A DNA stretch of 63,148 nucleotides, the filler included, from Squatina squatina (lineage: Eukaryota), in the NCBI GenBank assembly GCA_031763465.1. It is 3 parts of 3 records of this genome, joined end to end, with 100 filler letters (N's around TTAATTAATTAA, not from the genome) between each part and the next. Parts side by side here need not be neighbours in the genome. Positions count along the whole stretch, not along the records: positions 23,237 to 41,138 come from JARFOE010000100.1; 2 more parts are not named here. One strand, 5' to 3'. The notes under the pieces were generated by a model, which was not told the origin of the DNA, ran no database searches, and was given only the letters and a program-made list of their open reading frames with translations. Positions 23,866-37,127 of the stretch are shown here, piece by piece. Both the position numbers and the translations under genes were made by a program. The first letter of the stretch is position 1; each line of letters opens with the position of its first letter.

Positions 23866-26800
23866 CATTTCTCAAAGTAATTGTTTTCATTGTGCACAAA
23901 TCCATTATAACTCCACGTTCATTGCGTACACGACAGATTTGCAGCAATTGCTACAACTAGTGGGAATATACCAATATATGCTGATGNNNNNNNNNNCTGA
24001 TGCATGCCGTTGCATTTACTGGGGTAAATGATTTCTCGTTGCTCAGATCCACACAGAAACATGAATTTTACTGCCTTTGGGATTTTTTTTAATGCAACGT
24101 TGTGGTATTTGGGCAGCAAGTTGGACTACGTGTGACAAGTGTACAAATGGAATGTTGCATTTCTCCAAATCATTTGCCCTAACACTGATACAGTATGATT
24201 CTGGCAAAAGATCTTTACTGTTGGCCTGCAAGGGTGAGTGAAATGTGAGCTGCATACTTAAATGTACAGATTATTCAAGCACAACTATGTCATCTAAGCC
24301 TTAAAGTCGTCAGTTTCATGTCTTCTTTATTGATGCGTATGCTTGGCTCTTTACTTTGTATATATTGTAATGCCTATAAATAAACGGAGCACAATAGAAT
24401 CGATCTCAGGACTACATTTTGAGGCCTTCCTTATTTAGTCATTATTTAGAGATTGTGACATATGGATCTCTAAATTCATAGATTATTTCTGACTATAAAT
24501 AAGCCAAGGCTTCGCGAACAATTTCAGGCAAAAATTGGATTTACGAAGAGACAAAATGGAACAGATAAATCTGGTTCTCTGAGGGCGAACATCATTCCAT
24601 ATGCTGCTTACTTACACTTCAGGAGCAGGTGATGCAGGTTCCCAGTAGGTGCAAACTGTAGAAGGAGTAAGATTTTTCACAGATGAAACTGCCTGATTGT
24701 CTGCTTTGTGGAGCATGATGATGGAACAAGACCTGCAGAAATAATGATTTAAATGGTGAGAGATTTGATCCTGAAGAAAATCATTAGCTTCAGTGAAAAA
24801 GAACTGTCTCCAGGTTCAATTTTCCTGCCTTCTCATCACACCACTGACTGTGATCTAGTGGTGTTATCGACTTTTGCCATCTCTGTCTATTGTTTTTCAA
24901 CTATCGTGATTTAAGGATGAGCAGCAATCAAATATTGAATTAGTGGTTAGCTAAATGATACCATTAAATTTTTCTTATTTTACAAAGACAAGAAACACAG
25001 ACCAATTTTAATGCCTTTAATTGTGTCTGTCCTTTAAAAATACCATGCCACAATGATGAACAAAATGTTCCTAATGCAGAACAGAAATTTCATTTCCACA
25101 CGTAAGTTTTCCACCATTTACCATTGTAATTTGTTTTTCCTTAAATAAGTTGGAAACTCCTGGCTGTCCAGTACTTTCTAGATATTTTTGGACTTCATTT
25201 CTTTTTGAGGCGAGGATGTAATAGAGTTCATCCCTTGCCATTTAAGGTGAACTCTATCTGCAAATGTAGTGGTAGTAAGCCTGTAGGTCGCACACTCTGA
25301 TTTGCTCCCTGCCTGGAGTCATGCTGTGCGCCTATTGCAGCCCGATCGATCCTGCTACGTGTAGTACAGAGAACTGTCAACTGCCAGGTTCAAATTTATA
25401 CAAAGGACTTACAAGGAATGGAAGATATGTGGAGAGTTGTTAATGAACTTACACACACACAAACGGTATTTCTTTCAAAAGAANNNNNNNNNNNNNNNNN
25501 NNNNNNNNNNNNNNNNNNNNNNNNNNNNNNNNNNNNNNNNNNNNNNNNNNNNNNNNNNNNNNNNNNNNNNNNNNNNNNNNNNNTGCAATTTTATTAAAAC
25601 CTCTCAACAGATAAAGTGATTCAGATACACCTGGAGGAGTGCATTCATCTCTGGCTATTCGACTCAAACTTTAATGTAATTCTATAGAGCTGAGGGTATA
25701 GCAGCGCATTAGTTGACTCAATCTTTTAGTATGAAACTACTTGATATGGGTTAAAGATAGAAGTATTAAAATATGCTAATTTACAGATGCAGAATTTAAA
25801 TTGGAAGGATATATGCAGACCATTTCATAATGAAATTGGAACAAGTGCTACATCACAGCAGCATAGCTTGGAGACATTTTGCAATGTCCAGCTTAATAGT
25901 AATTACATCAATTACTTAAAGTATTTCTAGTTCCATTTTATGAGTGACCTCACAGATGATGTAATAGTTCCTGTAAATAGCAAGGAGTCCAGGAAATATG
26001 TTATCATACTGCAGGGTTTGATCACCATACACTGTTACAAAAACTCTAAGTGTGCAATTTGAAAGAAATATAAATAAGACCTTTCATACAATATATGATG
26101 AAAATGTTCCCTCCCACCATACACATAGACATTCATGTTGAGTATGAGAATCTAAGGATTATGTTGTTTAGTGTGTGCATGCATGAGTGTTTGTGCATGC
26201 AAGTAAGCAAAGAAGATTAGAGATCAGAACCAGGGGAACTAAAATGTCCCTGGCAAATATATCTAAACTGTCATTTGCAACATAAAGAAATGTTGCATTT
26301 GATATTTTGTGTGTGTGCATATTAACTGACCATTCCTTTTCCACAGAAACAATGGGTGGGTTTGATATTGAATACATTTTAATCAGTACACACACATGAT
26401 CTGTTAGGCTAGCATAGCCTGCATTGGGACAGTGAGGAGGAAGATATCACATTGTGGTATAATGAAGCTCAGCTTTTCCCTTCTGCGTTATGAATAATTT
26501 CTACACATGCTGTTCAAGATTAAATTAACGGTATCTATCAACAATTTGACAACCTACTCCCATGGCATTAAATATCACCCCTGATTGGTCAGGAGTGACA
26601 CAATGATTTATAAATGTTTAAAAAAAACACCATTTCTCTCCTGCTGCTGCTGTCTTTATTCTGGAGGAGAAAACATGTTCAACACCAAACAAGTAATAAT
26701 CTGCTGCACTGAAAAGGTAAAATGGAAATCTAATTAAAATTCCAGCTTAAAGAATTGAATCTAATGTCTTTAAAAGGGCAATTGTTTGAAGGTGCTGGCT

Positions 26801-29041
26801 TCTGAATATTAAGCAAGACACTTTACCTTGCACATTTCACCTTAAACAGTGGGAAGTTCAGTGACAATTAACAAGACAACAAAAACTATTCTAATTTACA
26901 CTAACATAAAAAATAATCCTTAAAAAAAGTTTCCACCGCAGCAGTGATGGTGGCTGTGAGAGTTTGCATTGCGGCAACAGAGGTGATCTTACTGAAGCAA
27001 TGATAAGACATTTTAAATTGCTCCTGGCCACATAAAGTGTTTCAAAATTGAACGTAAACACCAGGGCCCTGAATATCTTTGGGCAGTGATCCCAGCAATT
27101 TCATTAGGATCCCATCTGCCAGGAAGCTACAGCACTGACCATCCAGGAGTACGCAGGATCAGTGGGAGGTTCCATGGTTAAATAGCTATGCTGGGTGCCT
27201 GAGCCACAAGGGGCACGTCTCTGATACTCGGCAGGCAATACAGAGCAGAAAGTCTGAAGCCTGCTGCCTTTGTAAGGAGGCCAATAAGCTAATTTGAGCT
27301 GCCATTTTGATAGGTGGCACAAACCCAACACTACCCAGGTAGATTGTTCCACAGACTCTGCTAGAGCTGCTTGGGCTTTCCAGGTTGAGGTTGAACCCTC
27401 AATGCGGCACCTAGTTGCACCAGCAGCAGAGTCCTCTGGAGAGGTGGAAGTTGAAGAGCACATGCACCAGTGGCAAATGCCCACAACCTCTATGCCAATG
27501 TGAGTGTCAATGTGTGCATTCTGCAGCTCGAAAATAGCTTTAAGTATTTTGCCCTTGAAAGGGGTGAGTATTGAGTGGTTTACAATTCTGCATTGCATCT
27601 TGAAGATATGACCTCCTGAGGTAATGGTGTGCACGAGATGCAAAGAATAAGCTGTAGGACTGTGTAAGGGTGGAGTCTACGCGTAAAGCAGACAACATTT
27701 CGCAGNNNNNNNNNNNNNNNNNNNNNNNNNNNNNNNNNNNNNNNNNNNNNNNNNNNNNNNNNNNNNNNNNNNNNNNNNNNNNNNNNNNNNNNNNNNNNNN
27801 NNNNNTATTAATTAAAGTACAAAACAAAAATCAAAAGTAGAATTTTGTAATTTTATGAAACAAGTCTTCAAATAGCTCCTACAGTTTTAAAAGTATATAC
27901 CAGATAGCTTATGAAGCTGAATTGAAAGGTTTGTTTAGCTGTGCCTTCATCCTTAAAAGCACCCTTTTCACATTTTGAAATAGTACAATTGCTTTTTATG
28001 TGTGTGTATTTTTAAAATAGTTTATTAAAAGTTGGCAGCTCATTTGTGATCTTTGTAAGTGCTAATGAGCAGTTGTTCATCAGTTATGCAGCTGCATTTC
28101 TTACTCATTAAGTTGGCTTGGAAGATATTAAAAACCAGATGTACCATTAAAATAATTTCAAGTATTGAGATAATACATAGTTCTGAGATGTAACATGTGC
28201 CAGCTTTGGTTTCCAAAGGAAACACTAAAAAAGGACATTGTTGGAAATATTCCGTAGTAATTAGCAGTTTTACCTTGAAGCTTTTTCTCTATTTTTATGA
28301 CTAATACAAACGACAAATGATTTAATTCATGTAGAGACAGAGCCTGGACATCCTGTTATAGATGCAGTTTAGACCTGAATGTTTAGAAGTGGGATTTAGA
28401 CAAACTCAAATGGAAGTGTACTGTTTGCACCATATTTTCTGGGGTCATCTTATCATAATTATGTATAACTTCAGATGCAAATTTAGATAGGTGCAGGAAG
28501 CACAATTAGGGCAACAGCCAAAAATTGGGTGCAGGTGACATTTAAAGGAGGGGGAACAATTAAAGAGGAAAGTTAATTCTGCAATCTTTCGGAAAGCCTC
28601 AAAAAATCTCAATCCGTTAGCACCCTTTACCATGGTTGAAGGAATGGAAATGAAGAAGCAGGTAAAAGTGAATGGGAAAGGAAGCTCAATGTACAGATAG
28701 GATTCTGCAGGCAAGTTACAGGGCAGCCCAACTCCTGCAGAAGGTGGTTGCAAGGAGGATGACTCTCTTCGCTGTTCCATAGCACCATTCCCACGGGCCA
28801 ACATTGAAGCAAGGAGTTCAAGCCAAGTTTCAGGCCACAGCTCATGGTTACTGTCAGTGGACACGCCAGTCCCAGGCTGCATGGTAACAGATTTCAACAG
28901 ATTCCAGAAATCTGCATCCGGCTCTTCTCACCCAGATTCTGAGAAGATAATTCTGCGTAGTCAGGTATGTGTGTCAGGGATTTACTCAATCAGGGTATGC
29001 TGACTGTTGATTACCTTGGCATACCTACATTTAAAAATAAA

Positions 29042-29169
29042 ATTCATTTTCAGGATGCAGGCGTCACTGGCAAGGCTGGCATTTATTGCCCAATCCTAGT
29101 TACCCTAAGATGGTGATGGGCTGCCTAATTGAACCGCAACAGTGTCGCGGTTTGATACAACTAAGTGGC
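29042..29169 (-). mobile_element. Shark SINE/LINE 3' part
   Basis: Reverse complement of the tail family at 4973 and 6845. Confidence 0.65.
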
Positions 29170-29269
29170 NNNNNNNNNNNNNNNNNNNNNNNNNNNNNNN
29201 NNNNNNNNNNNNNNNNNNNNNNNNNNNNNNNNNNNNNNNNNNNNNNNNNNNNNNNNNNNNNNNNNNNNN

Positions 29270-29590
29270 CTTACTTCGGCCACCTCGCCTTTAATCATCA
29301 CCCCCGAAGCGGCCGGCCGCCCAATGCACGCCTCCTGTAGCTGTCGGTGTTTTCAACTGTCACTGCTGTCGAGGCCGGAAGTCAATTTCGGGTCCAGGCC
29401 GCTACCGAGGCGATGTGCACAGTGATGACATCACGATCTCTGGGCAAAGGAGATCGGGGCGCAACACTGTAGTGCCGCCGCAAAACTCCCGCTGAATATG
29501 GCGGGAGTCGATGTCAGCAAGCGCCTGGTCGCAAAGCTAGGCATCCTTGGGGTGCAGGGCGTTGGTCCACATAGGTGAACTTCTTGCACT
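29270..29590. mobile_element. CpG-rich MITE remnant
   Basis: Abrupt CpG-rich block between gaps, with gatgacatcac and gctgaatat motifs resembling other local MITEs. Confidence 0.45.
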
Positions 29591-29789
29591 CGTTGCTGCC
29601 ATTTTTACTCAGAACCTGCCACCAAGTTTGANNNNNNNNNNAAGAATGGCACATTCCTTTCAGAATTTCCTACTTTTGTATTAAACTTTCTTCCATTAGA
29701 TGTTTTCAGGCTCTCTTAGATATACAAAATAAAATGAATACAGACAATATGTGATGCATATGTCCATAACATATATAAATAATGTATAA

Positions 29790-30170
29790 TGCTTTAGTCA
29801 AGATCTTCCAAAATGCTCTTGATTCAGGAATTGTCTCCTTATGTTGGAGAATTGCTGATGTCAATCCATTATTTAGGAAGCGTGGGAGAGAGAAACCATG
29901 ACATTATAGACCTTTTCGTCTAATGTCTTTTCTGGGGAAATTAGGAGAATCTGTTATTAGGGACAGATTGACTGAACACTTGGAACAAAAAAGAACTGAT
30001 CAGAGAGAGCCAACATGAATTTGTGACGGGTATGTCATGTCCAACTAACCGAGTTGAATTTTTTGATGAGGTTACAAACATGGTAGATAAGGGAGATAAA
30101 GAAGTGTCTATGGATGCTATTTATATGAACTATCAGATGACATTCGATAAGTTAAGATGTAAGAGGCTAT
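29790..30170 (+). mobile_element. CR1 ORF2 RT fragment
   Basis: RIADVNPLFRK.G.REKP..YRP.RL.S..GK..ES and GMSCPTN.VEFFDEVT..VD remnants. Confidence 0.8.
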
Positions 30171-32435
30171 GACCTAGAAATTGGAGGTGTTGACGCTGGC
30201 TGTTTAGGCCCATTTCGGCAAAAATAATGAAGGCCACCACGGGACCCGCCAGTAGTGGGCAGAAGTGAGGTGAGTTCCATTTACGGAAGGTTGGCAGCGC
30301 TAACATTGCATGCGCTCGCAGGAAGTGTTTAATTAGCAGTTAGTAATGGGAGGATCAGGGGATATTCCAGATGAGGTCCGGTCATTTCTTAATGAATATA
30401 TTGAGTCTAAAGGGGGACATTATGGGATAGGATAGGAAACGATGACAGGAGGATGGAGAGAGACACAGNNNNNNNNNNNNNNNNNNNNNNNNNNNNNNNN
30501 NNNNNNNNNNNNNNNNNNNNNNNNNNNNNNNNNNNNNNNNNNNNNNNNNNNNNNNNNNNNNNNNNNNNTTTTATTATTAATGAATACTTTTTACAGGAAT
30601 TTTAACACTGGTGAATGACTATAATGCTAATGTAACTCCAACAAAACTTGGCTCTGAAGTTCAGTCCTGAACATTTTTATCATTTTCAAAAATATTGCTT
30701 TCAGAGGATCCCTGTCTTGAGTAATCATTGTTAGTATATAATGATTAGAAGCCCTGTCCATAACCTTATCATTCCTTCATCATATTAAATGTCATGCATT
30801 CAAAAAGTATTTCAAGGGCTGTCACTAATGTACAGTATGCTGCAATGAAATGTGATATTTGCTGTCTGTTGCTGTATTTAGCAAATATAAGTACAGTGCA
30901 ATCAGTAAAATAGCTGAACCTACTGCTGCCGTCTGCAGTACTTCTCATCTTTCAAATTTTAAATCCTGTTTGAAGCTCTTCTGATTATACCAGTTACTGC
31001 AGAACTTTTTTTTTCTTTTAGGATTAACCAGAAAACCAAATGCATCGGCTGTAACTTCATGCAAGCAATTATGATTTTCAGATATGGTGATGTAACTTTT
31101 GTAGCAGTGTGAGCTTTTGCTGCCAGCTAACTAGCATAACATTTATGGAGTGACTTATAGACCAGCATGACCAGTACAGTGCTGAAAGTATGAGGTATCA
31201 CTGGATGGGGTACTGACTGCCTCTGCCACCTCCCTCCAGGCAGCCGACTCTACTATGGAACATGCTGCCTTCCTGCCAGCAGCATCTCCGAACTTGCATC
31301 AGAAAATCTCGGGCCCCTTCCAACTGCTGAGAAGTGATGTTGTGCTTTAACTGGCTGCAGCCTGCATGAAAACTGCTATTTCCCTCCCTTCCAGTGCCAG
31401 TAAGCTGATGTAAGGTAGTTTTCTNNNNNNNNNNNNNNNNNNNNNNNNNNNNNNNNNNNNNNNNNNNNNNNNNNNNNNNNNNNNNNNNNNNNNNNNNNNN
31501 NNNNNNNNNNNNNNNNNNNNNNNNTAAGAATAGAATTACAATACATTTGCATCATGCTTTGAATGTATTGCTATGGGGAATGATTAAAATCTGCAAAGCT
31601 GTGCAATCTAAATCACAGACTTTGCTTCTAATGAACACAAATGTTCTACACTGAGGACAAGTTTAATGATTATTTGAATATTTGGCAGTTGCTTAATTTT
31701 ATCTGATAAATAGAATAAACTGGTCACAAGAATATATTGTTTTGGCTACAATCCATCATCAGTGACACAGGGAGGTCTGAGCACGTGACTGTAATTAAGA
31801 GTAGTTATGTGCAACCGTCTGTACAGCTCTTTGATATCCAGCTATAGGACTCTTGCAGCTCGCGACACAGACCGATTCACAGAAGCAGTTGTCACATAAT
31901 GCCTCCGTGCAGCACACAAAGAGCACGGTGTCGTACAGAGGTTAATGATCTTGTTTCATTGCTCTGTGGTTGGGGATTTCAGCCGCAGCGCTGCCTGACT
32001 TCTGAATTCTCCAGTCATACACAGGGCAGACACAATGCCAGATTTCTGGAGAACAGGGTGGACTGGGACAAAGAACCACTACAGAAGGGCAAGAAAATAA
32101 AAAATATTTAATATATCCAATGTTCTAGTATTTGCTTCTAGCTCAGGCTTAATCCTCACTGCAGAAGCTCATCAGATTTATTCTGGTTTTACTGGCCAGG
32201 ATCTAGACGCAACGTGCAAGNNNNNNNNNNNNNNNNNNNNNNNNNNNNNNNNNNNNNNNNNNNNNNNNNNNNNNNNNNNNNNNNNNNNNNNNNNNNNNNN
32301 NNNNNNNNNNNNNNNNNNNNACCCTGACAAAAGTGTCTCCTGATTTCTTGGCATTTCTCAGCAATTGGTATTGGTTCAATGCCCCTGAGATGAGTGAGTT
32401 CTGCCGATTCCCCACTTGCTTGCAGCATTTGTGGC

Positions 32436-32660
32436 ATGTCGAAAGCCAGAACTCCAAAGTTCAGTGAAATGGCAACAGAGGTCAAGGAGGAACAAGTGTG
32501 GTAACAGGCAGTTCCTCTTCCCCAGGGATGGCATCAGAGTCACAAAGCACACACAGCAGCAATCCTAGAAGGAGTTTGCTGTGGTCATCAGTGTGCACAA
32601 CATCACCTCAGGGACACAGGTTCAGGGGAGGAAGAGGTTTAACTGATCAGAACAGTAAGG
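32436..32660 (+). pseudogene. Second, heavily decayed Harbinger Myb/SANT exon 1
   Basis: MSKARTPKFSE...(frameshift)...RQFLFPRDG.R.....QS*KEFAVVIS......T.VQGRKRFN followed by GTGAG. It parallels exon 20593-20360. Confidence 0.55.
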
Positions 32661-32773
32661 GTGAGATGCAGGTCTTACGGCCTACATTTATATGAGTCAC
32701 CTTTCCATTACAGCTTTATGCTTCTCCCCATCCTTTTCCCATTCTTCAAGCTCTCATGATGAAAATGTCACAC

Positions 32774-33309
32774 AAAGAAAGGCTTGCATTTATATAGTGC
32801 CTTTCTTGACCTCAGGACATCCCTAGCACTTTACAGCCAATAAAGTACTTTTGAAGTGTAATCACTGTTGTAATGTGGAAACACAGCAGCCAATTTGTGC
32901 ACAGCAAGCTCCCACAAACAGCATTGTGATAATGATCAGATAATCTGTTTTTAGTGATGTTGATGGAGGGATAATAAAGTATTGGCCACGACACTCAGGA
33001 TAACTTCTCTGCTCTTCTTCGAAATAGTACCACAGGGAGTTGTTAGGCACGTTTTTGGAAAATAACAAGGAATGTAAGATTTTGGGTAAAGTTCGGGTTG
33101 GGGTCTACTGGGGCTTGTCTTATCATGGGATATTTTACAACCACCTGAGAGATCAGACAGTGCCTCGGTTTAAAATCTCATTTGAAAGCCGGCACTTCCA
33201 ACAGTACGGCCCGGCACTAGATTTTTGTGCTCAAGTCCCTGGGGTGGGATTTGAACCCACAGCCTTCTGACTCAAAGGTGAGGGTGCTATCAATTGAGCC
33301 ACGGCTGAC
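32774..33309 (-). mobile_element. SacSINE1-like DeuSINE, near full length, with an ~85 bp insertion and an internal deletion
   Basis: The reverse complement has a tRNA-like head (gtggctcaattgatagcacc...gggttcaaatcc), the Deu body and the L2-like tail tatataaatgcaagcctttc. Confidence 0.88.
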
Positions 33310-33324
33310 AAGAAGAAGAGAGTC

Positions 33325-34666
33325 ATCATGAACGGTTGTTTTTCAGACTAGCGGGAGGCACAGGCAAACGGGTGAAATGGGAAGCCACATATCTGATGAA
33401 ATTTAACACAGAGAAGTGTAAAGTGATTCATTTTGGTAGGAAGAATGAGGAGAGGCAATATAAACTAAATGCTATAATTTTAAAGAGGTTGTAGGAATGG
33501 AGAGGCCTGATGGCGTACATACACAAATCTTTGAAGGGGACCGGACAAGTTGACAAGTCTGCTGAAAAAGCACACAGGACCGTGGCTTCATAAGTGCATA
33601 GGTAACGATATTTACAGGGTTGTGCGTTCGGAGCAGGGAGTGGCGAGGTGGGGGAAGTTGAGTGGTTAAGGTCAGCAGTGACACACTTTCTGTGTGGTTA
33701 AGTAGATAGAGAAATTGACCTTTTCAGGTAGAAGGGCCTTGTGTAGAAGGGATGGGAGGAGGCGGAAATACTTTGGTGAACATACCTTAGCAAAGAAAGT
33801 GGTTGACTAGGATGGTGGTGCTCTGGGCAAAGAGGGAAAACAAATGCAACAAATATAACAAAAGTATCACCAGGCAAAGGAATGGGTTAAAGTGTAAGCT
33901 TAAATAGTTTATACCAATGTAAGGAGTACTGAAATTATACTTACTTACAGGGTTTGAGATAGATGCAGTGAAAATACTGACTAGATTGACATCACAGAAA
34001 TATGAGAGTAGGTGGAAGTTGAACATGGGATGAAGCTAAGAGGAGATGGAATGTTTTACAAAGATAGACCTGTGAAATCAGGCAATGGGTTGCAGTCCTG
34101 GTAGGGGACGATACAGCAGCTGTCAAGGAGATGGAAATAAAAGAGGCCAACTGGGATGTTCCTTCAAATCTTGCAAAAGAAATGAGGGAAGAAATAAGTG
34201 AGGCTCTGGTGAATATTTTTAGGAGCTCCATAACTACAGGAGGATTGTAATTGTTATCCCAATATCCAGAAATGGAATGAGATATGGACCTGGATCAGTT
34301 AACCTAACATCTCTAAGGATGCAAACACTTGAGAAGAAATGCAGGGTATAATGGATGTTCCTCGAAAGAGTGTAGAGACTACAAAGGGTCCTCAATATGG
34401 ACTTAGAAACAATTTCATGCCACATCCAAACTTTCTGATGATGGAAATCCAGTGGACATAACTTAACCGGATTTTCAGAAGGCATTTGATAAAGGTTCCC
34501 AAATGAAATTTTTAAAGAAGGCTAAATTAGATAGCGAGATGGAAAAATGGCTTAGCGGAAGGATGAAGAACAACATAGTAAATGAAAAAAAGCCCTCTCT
34601 CGGGAAAGAAACTAGCAGAGTTCTTTAGGATATGTCCAGGTGTCCTGCTTTCACTCCATTCATAAA
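33325..34666 (+). mobile_element. Patchwork of decayed CR1 ORF2 fragments
   Basis: Recognisable remnants: MKFNTEKCKVIHFGRKN (33396 onward), endonuclease-like DITE...W, LKEM.EEI.EALV.IF..S and DFQKAFDKVP. Confidence 0.7.
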
Positions 34667-36817
34667 NNNNNNNNNNNNNNNNNNNNNNNNNNNNNNNNNN
34701 NNNNNNNNNNNNNNNNNNNNNNNNNNNNNNNNNNNNNNNNNNNNNNNNNNNNNNNNNNNNNNNNNNATTACTTCTTCACACCTACACAGACAGACACAAA
34801 CTTATCTGTCTTTGCTCTCACAAGGATTTTTAAAATTGCATTGTCATCCACCCCCTCACAGATATTTTATATTTATTATTTTTGTGAAGATATAAAAATA
34901 AGAAGCAGAAGTACAAATCACTTTAAATGAAGCCAATTCGTTTTTTAAAATGTTACCTTTGTTCAAAAAAAAATCCTTCAATTTATGAGATTTCTAGCCA
35001 TTTACTGCTGTTTGTTATATACTGTAATTCTGATTTTCAAAAATATATTTTTGCTTGGTTTTCATTTATAATACTTTATTGTTGAATCTGAAGGTCTCTA
35101 ACTGGAACATGTGAGCAAAGTGATTGAACATTTAATTTTATTGTATGTTTTTTTTCAATACCATTCCATGAGACACCTTGACCCATGGTGTATATTGAAT
35201 CAATCTTAATAAGAGCACCCCACACAAAAGATAATTCATTTTAAAATTTCAGACAGGCTGCAATGAAAAACAACATGGTTTGTGCAACAAGTCAGGAATG
35301 GCAGCAATTCAGGATCCAAATGGAGTACTTTAATCAGACTAGCATTACTAAATTGATTGTTTTTTACGTGTGATATTAGAGAAGTCACATTTTATGTAAA
35401 CGGGGCTTGCAAATAAGAGCCAGGTTCAGAGGGTTTCCCTTAGAGAATTGAATTACTCCTCTTTTGCAGCACAAATTGGATTTGGAGCATGTTGGCATTT
35501 CCAAGATCATTACCCTCACCTACAGGTCGATAACAAAGTGNNNNNNNNNNNNNNNNNNNNNNNNNNNNNNNNNNNNNNNNNNNNNNNNNNNNNNNNNNNN
35601 NNNNNNNNNNNNNNNNNNNNNNNNNNNNNNNNNNNNNNNNAATTCAGCAAGGAACAACTTAATGAGCACAGATAAGTGACAGCAACAGTTAATGCCAGGA
35701 AACAGACCGTCCTATTATCATATTGTAACACTGTAAAAATATAACCTCAATTATTTTGTTTCAATTATGGTTGTCATACAGTTGAGGTAACATTTGGTGT
35801 GTGATGAATACTGAAAATTAAATTGCTTAAGCTTTGGCATACACAGTACACATTTCTGGCATATATAAGAACATTTCTGGCAAATAACTTACATTTACAA
35901 TATGGGTAATTTTCCAAACCAAAGCTTCTGTTTAGTGATCACTGTTAATGGTAGTGATTAACTGTTCTTGTATACAGTCTGGAAAACCTGAGGTGATTAG
36001 TTCCTGGAAGTGAAATCTATACTGCAGTGATAGCTTATAGAGATTGTTAGGCTGCATAGGAGAACATGGGCAGGATGTATTCAGGCAATGTGACGGCAAC
36101 AGCCCGACAGCTTGAAACCCATTGTACATTGGGCGAGATTACATTTACTTCAGATCATGTTTACCCTGTTCATTTGTTGGCTGTTATTGGATTACCAGTC
36201 TGATACATGTGCCGTGCTTTTCCTTCAGGCAGAAAATAACCATGGATTTAAACTAGGCTGTTGACTTCAGTCTAGTCTGAATCTCATTGATTTGCAGCTA
36301 GCTTTAAACAAGTATTCAGAAGAAAGAAATGTTTACTCTGCACTAAGAATTGAAATGGAGGATCCGCGACAATGTGTCATGGGATATGATATACATTCTG
36401 TGATTGGACTGACCTGATAATTCAGAAGTGTTGTAAGTGGGAACTAATTTACATCCCACAATCCTTATCACATATTCTGTTCACCTCACATATGTTGGGT
36501 AAATGAAATTAACCTAGCTGTTAAAGGTAAATATTATAAATATGAACTGTATTGATGTGTGGAATGATGGCACGAATGACATTGCAAACTGATTTTTATA
36601 TAATGCTAGTTGTCTCGATAACATAATTTCCGTTGCATATTTCATGGAGGTGACCAAACCGTAGCTCAACAAACATAAGTGTTACAGACCTGGAGATCTG
36701 GAATTAATGTAAGTTGTGCTTCACTAAGTATACAGCACAAGTTTCTCTTCACTTATTTTATTTGTGTGCTTGTGATACTGAGTTTCACATGAATGTTCAA
36801 AAATCAGAATAATAATG

Positions 36818-37127
36818 TAGGGTGACTATAGGTCATTTCCCGGATGAGGGACTGTGTCCCCAGGTAAACAAGGCCCCCGGAAGAATCTACAGAACAGGAA
36901 ACTCGTCCCTGAATACACGTGGGTTCAAATCAGTGTCCCTGAGCTGCCCTGTGGGGCAGGGTGGGTTCCAATTGGTGGGATGTCAATATCCTGTTTTCAG
37001 CCAGTAGAAAAGGTGGACTAACTGAGGGACTTTAATATACACAGAGATTGGGTCCTGTGGCCGCAGTATGCATGCTATATCACCCCCACCACCGCGCCCC
37101 CTCCACCCGAATCTCCGGATAGTCCTG
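36818..37127. mobile_element. hAT-like MITE 5' part (TAGGGTGAC end), truncated by gap
   Basis: Starts TAGGGTGACTATA with GGGAC/GTCCC subterminal motifs, as in 59970-60169. Confidence 0.55.

Noticed and set aside
26826-26880. LNFPLF resembling LHFPLFPH
   Set aside because: In-frame TAA just upstream and no FEDWCG motif.
27104-27643. 179-aa minus-strand ORF
   Set aside because: No recognisable domain; it looks like decayed repeat-derived sequence that I cannot classify.
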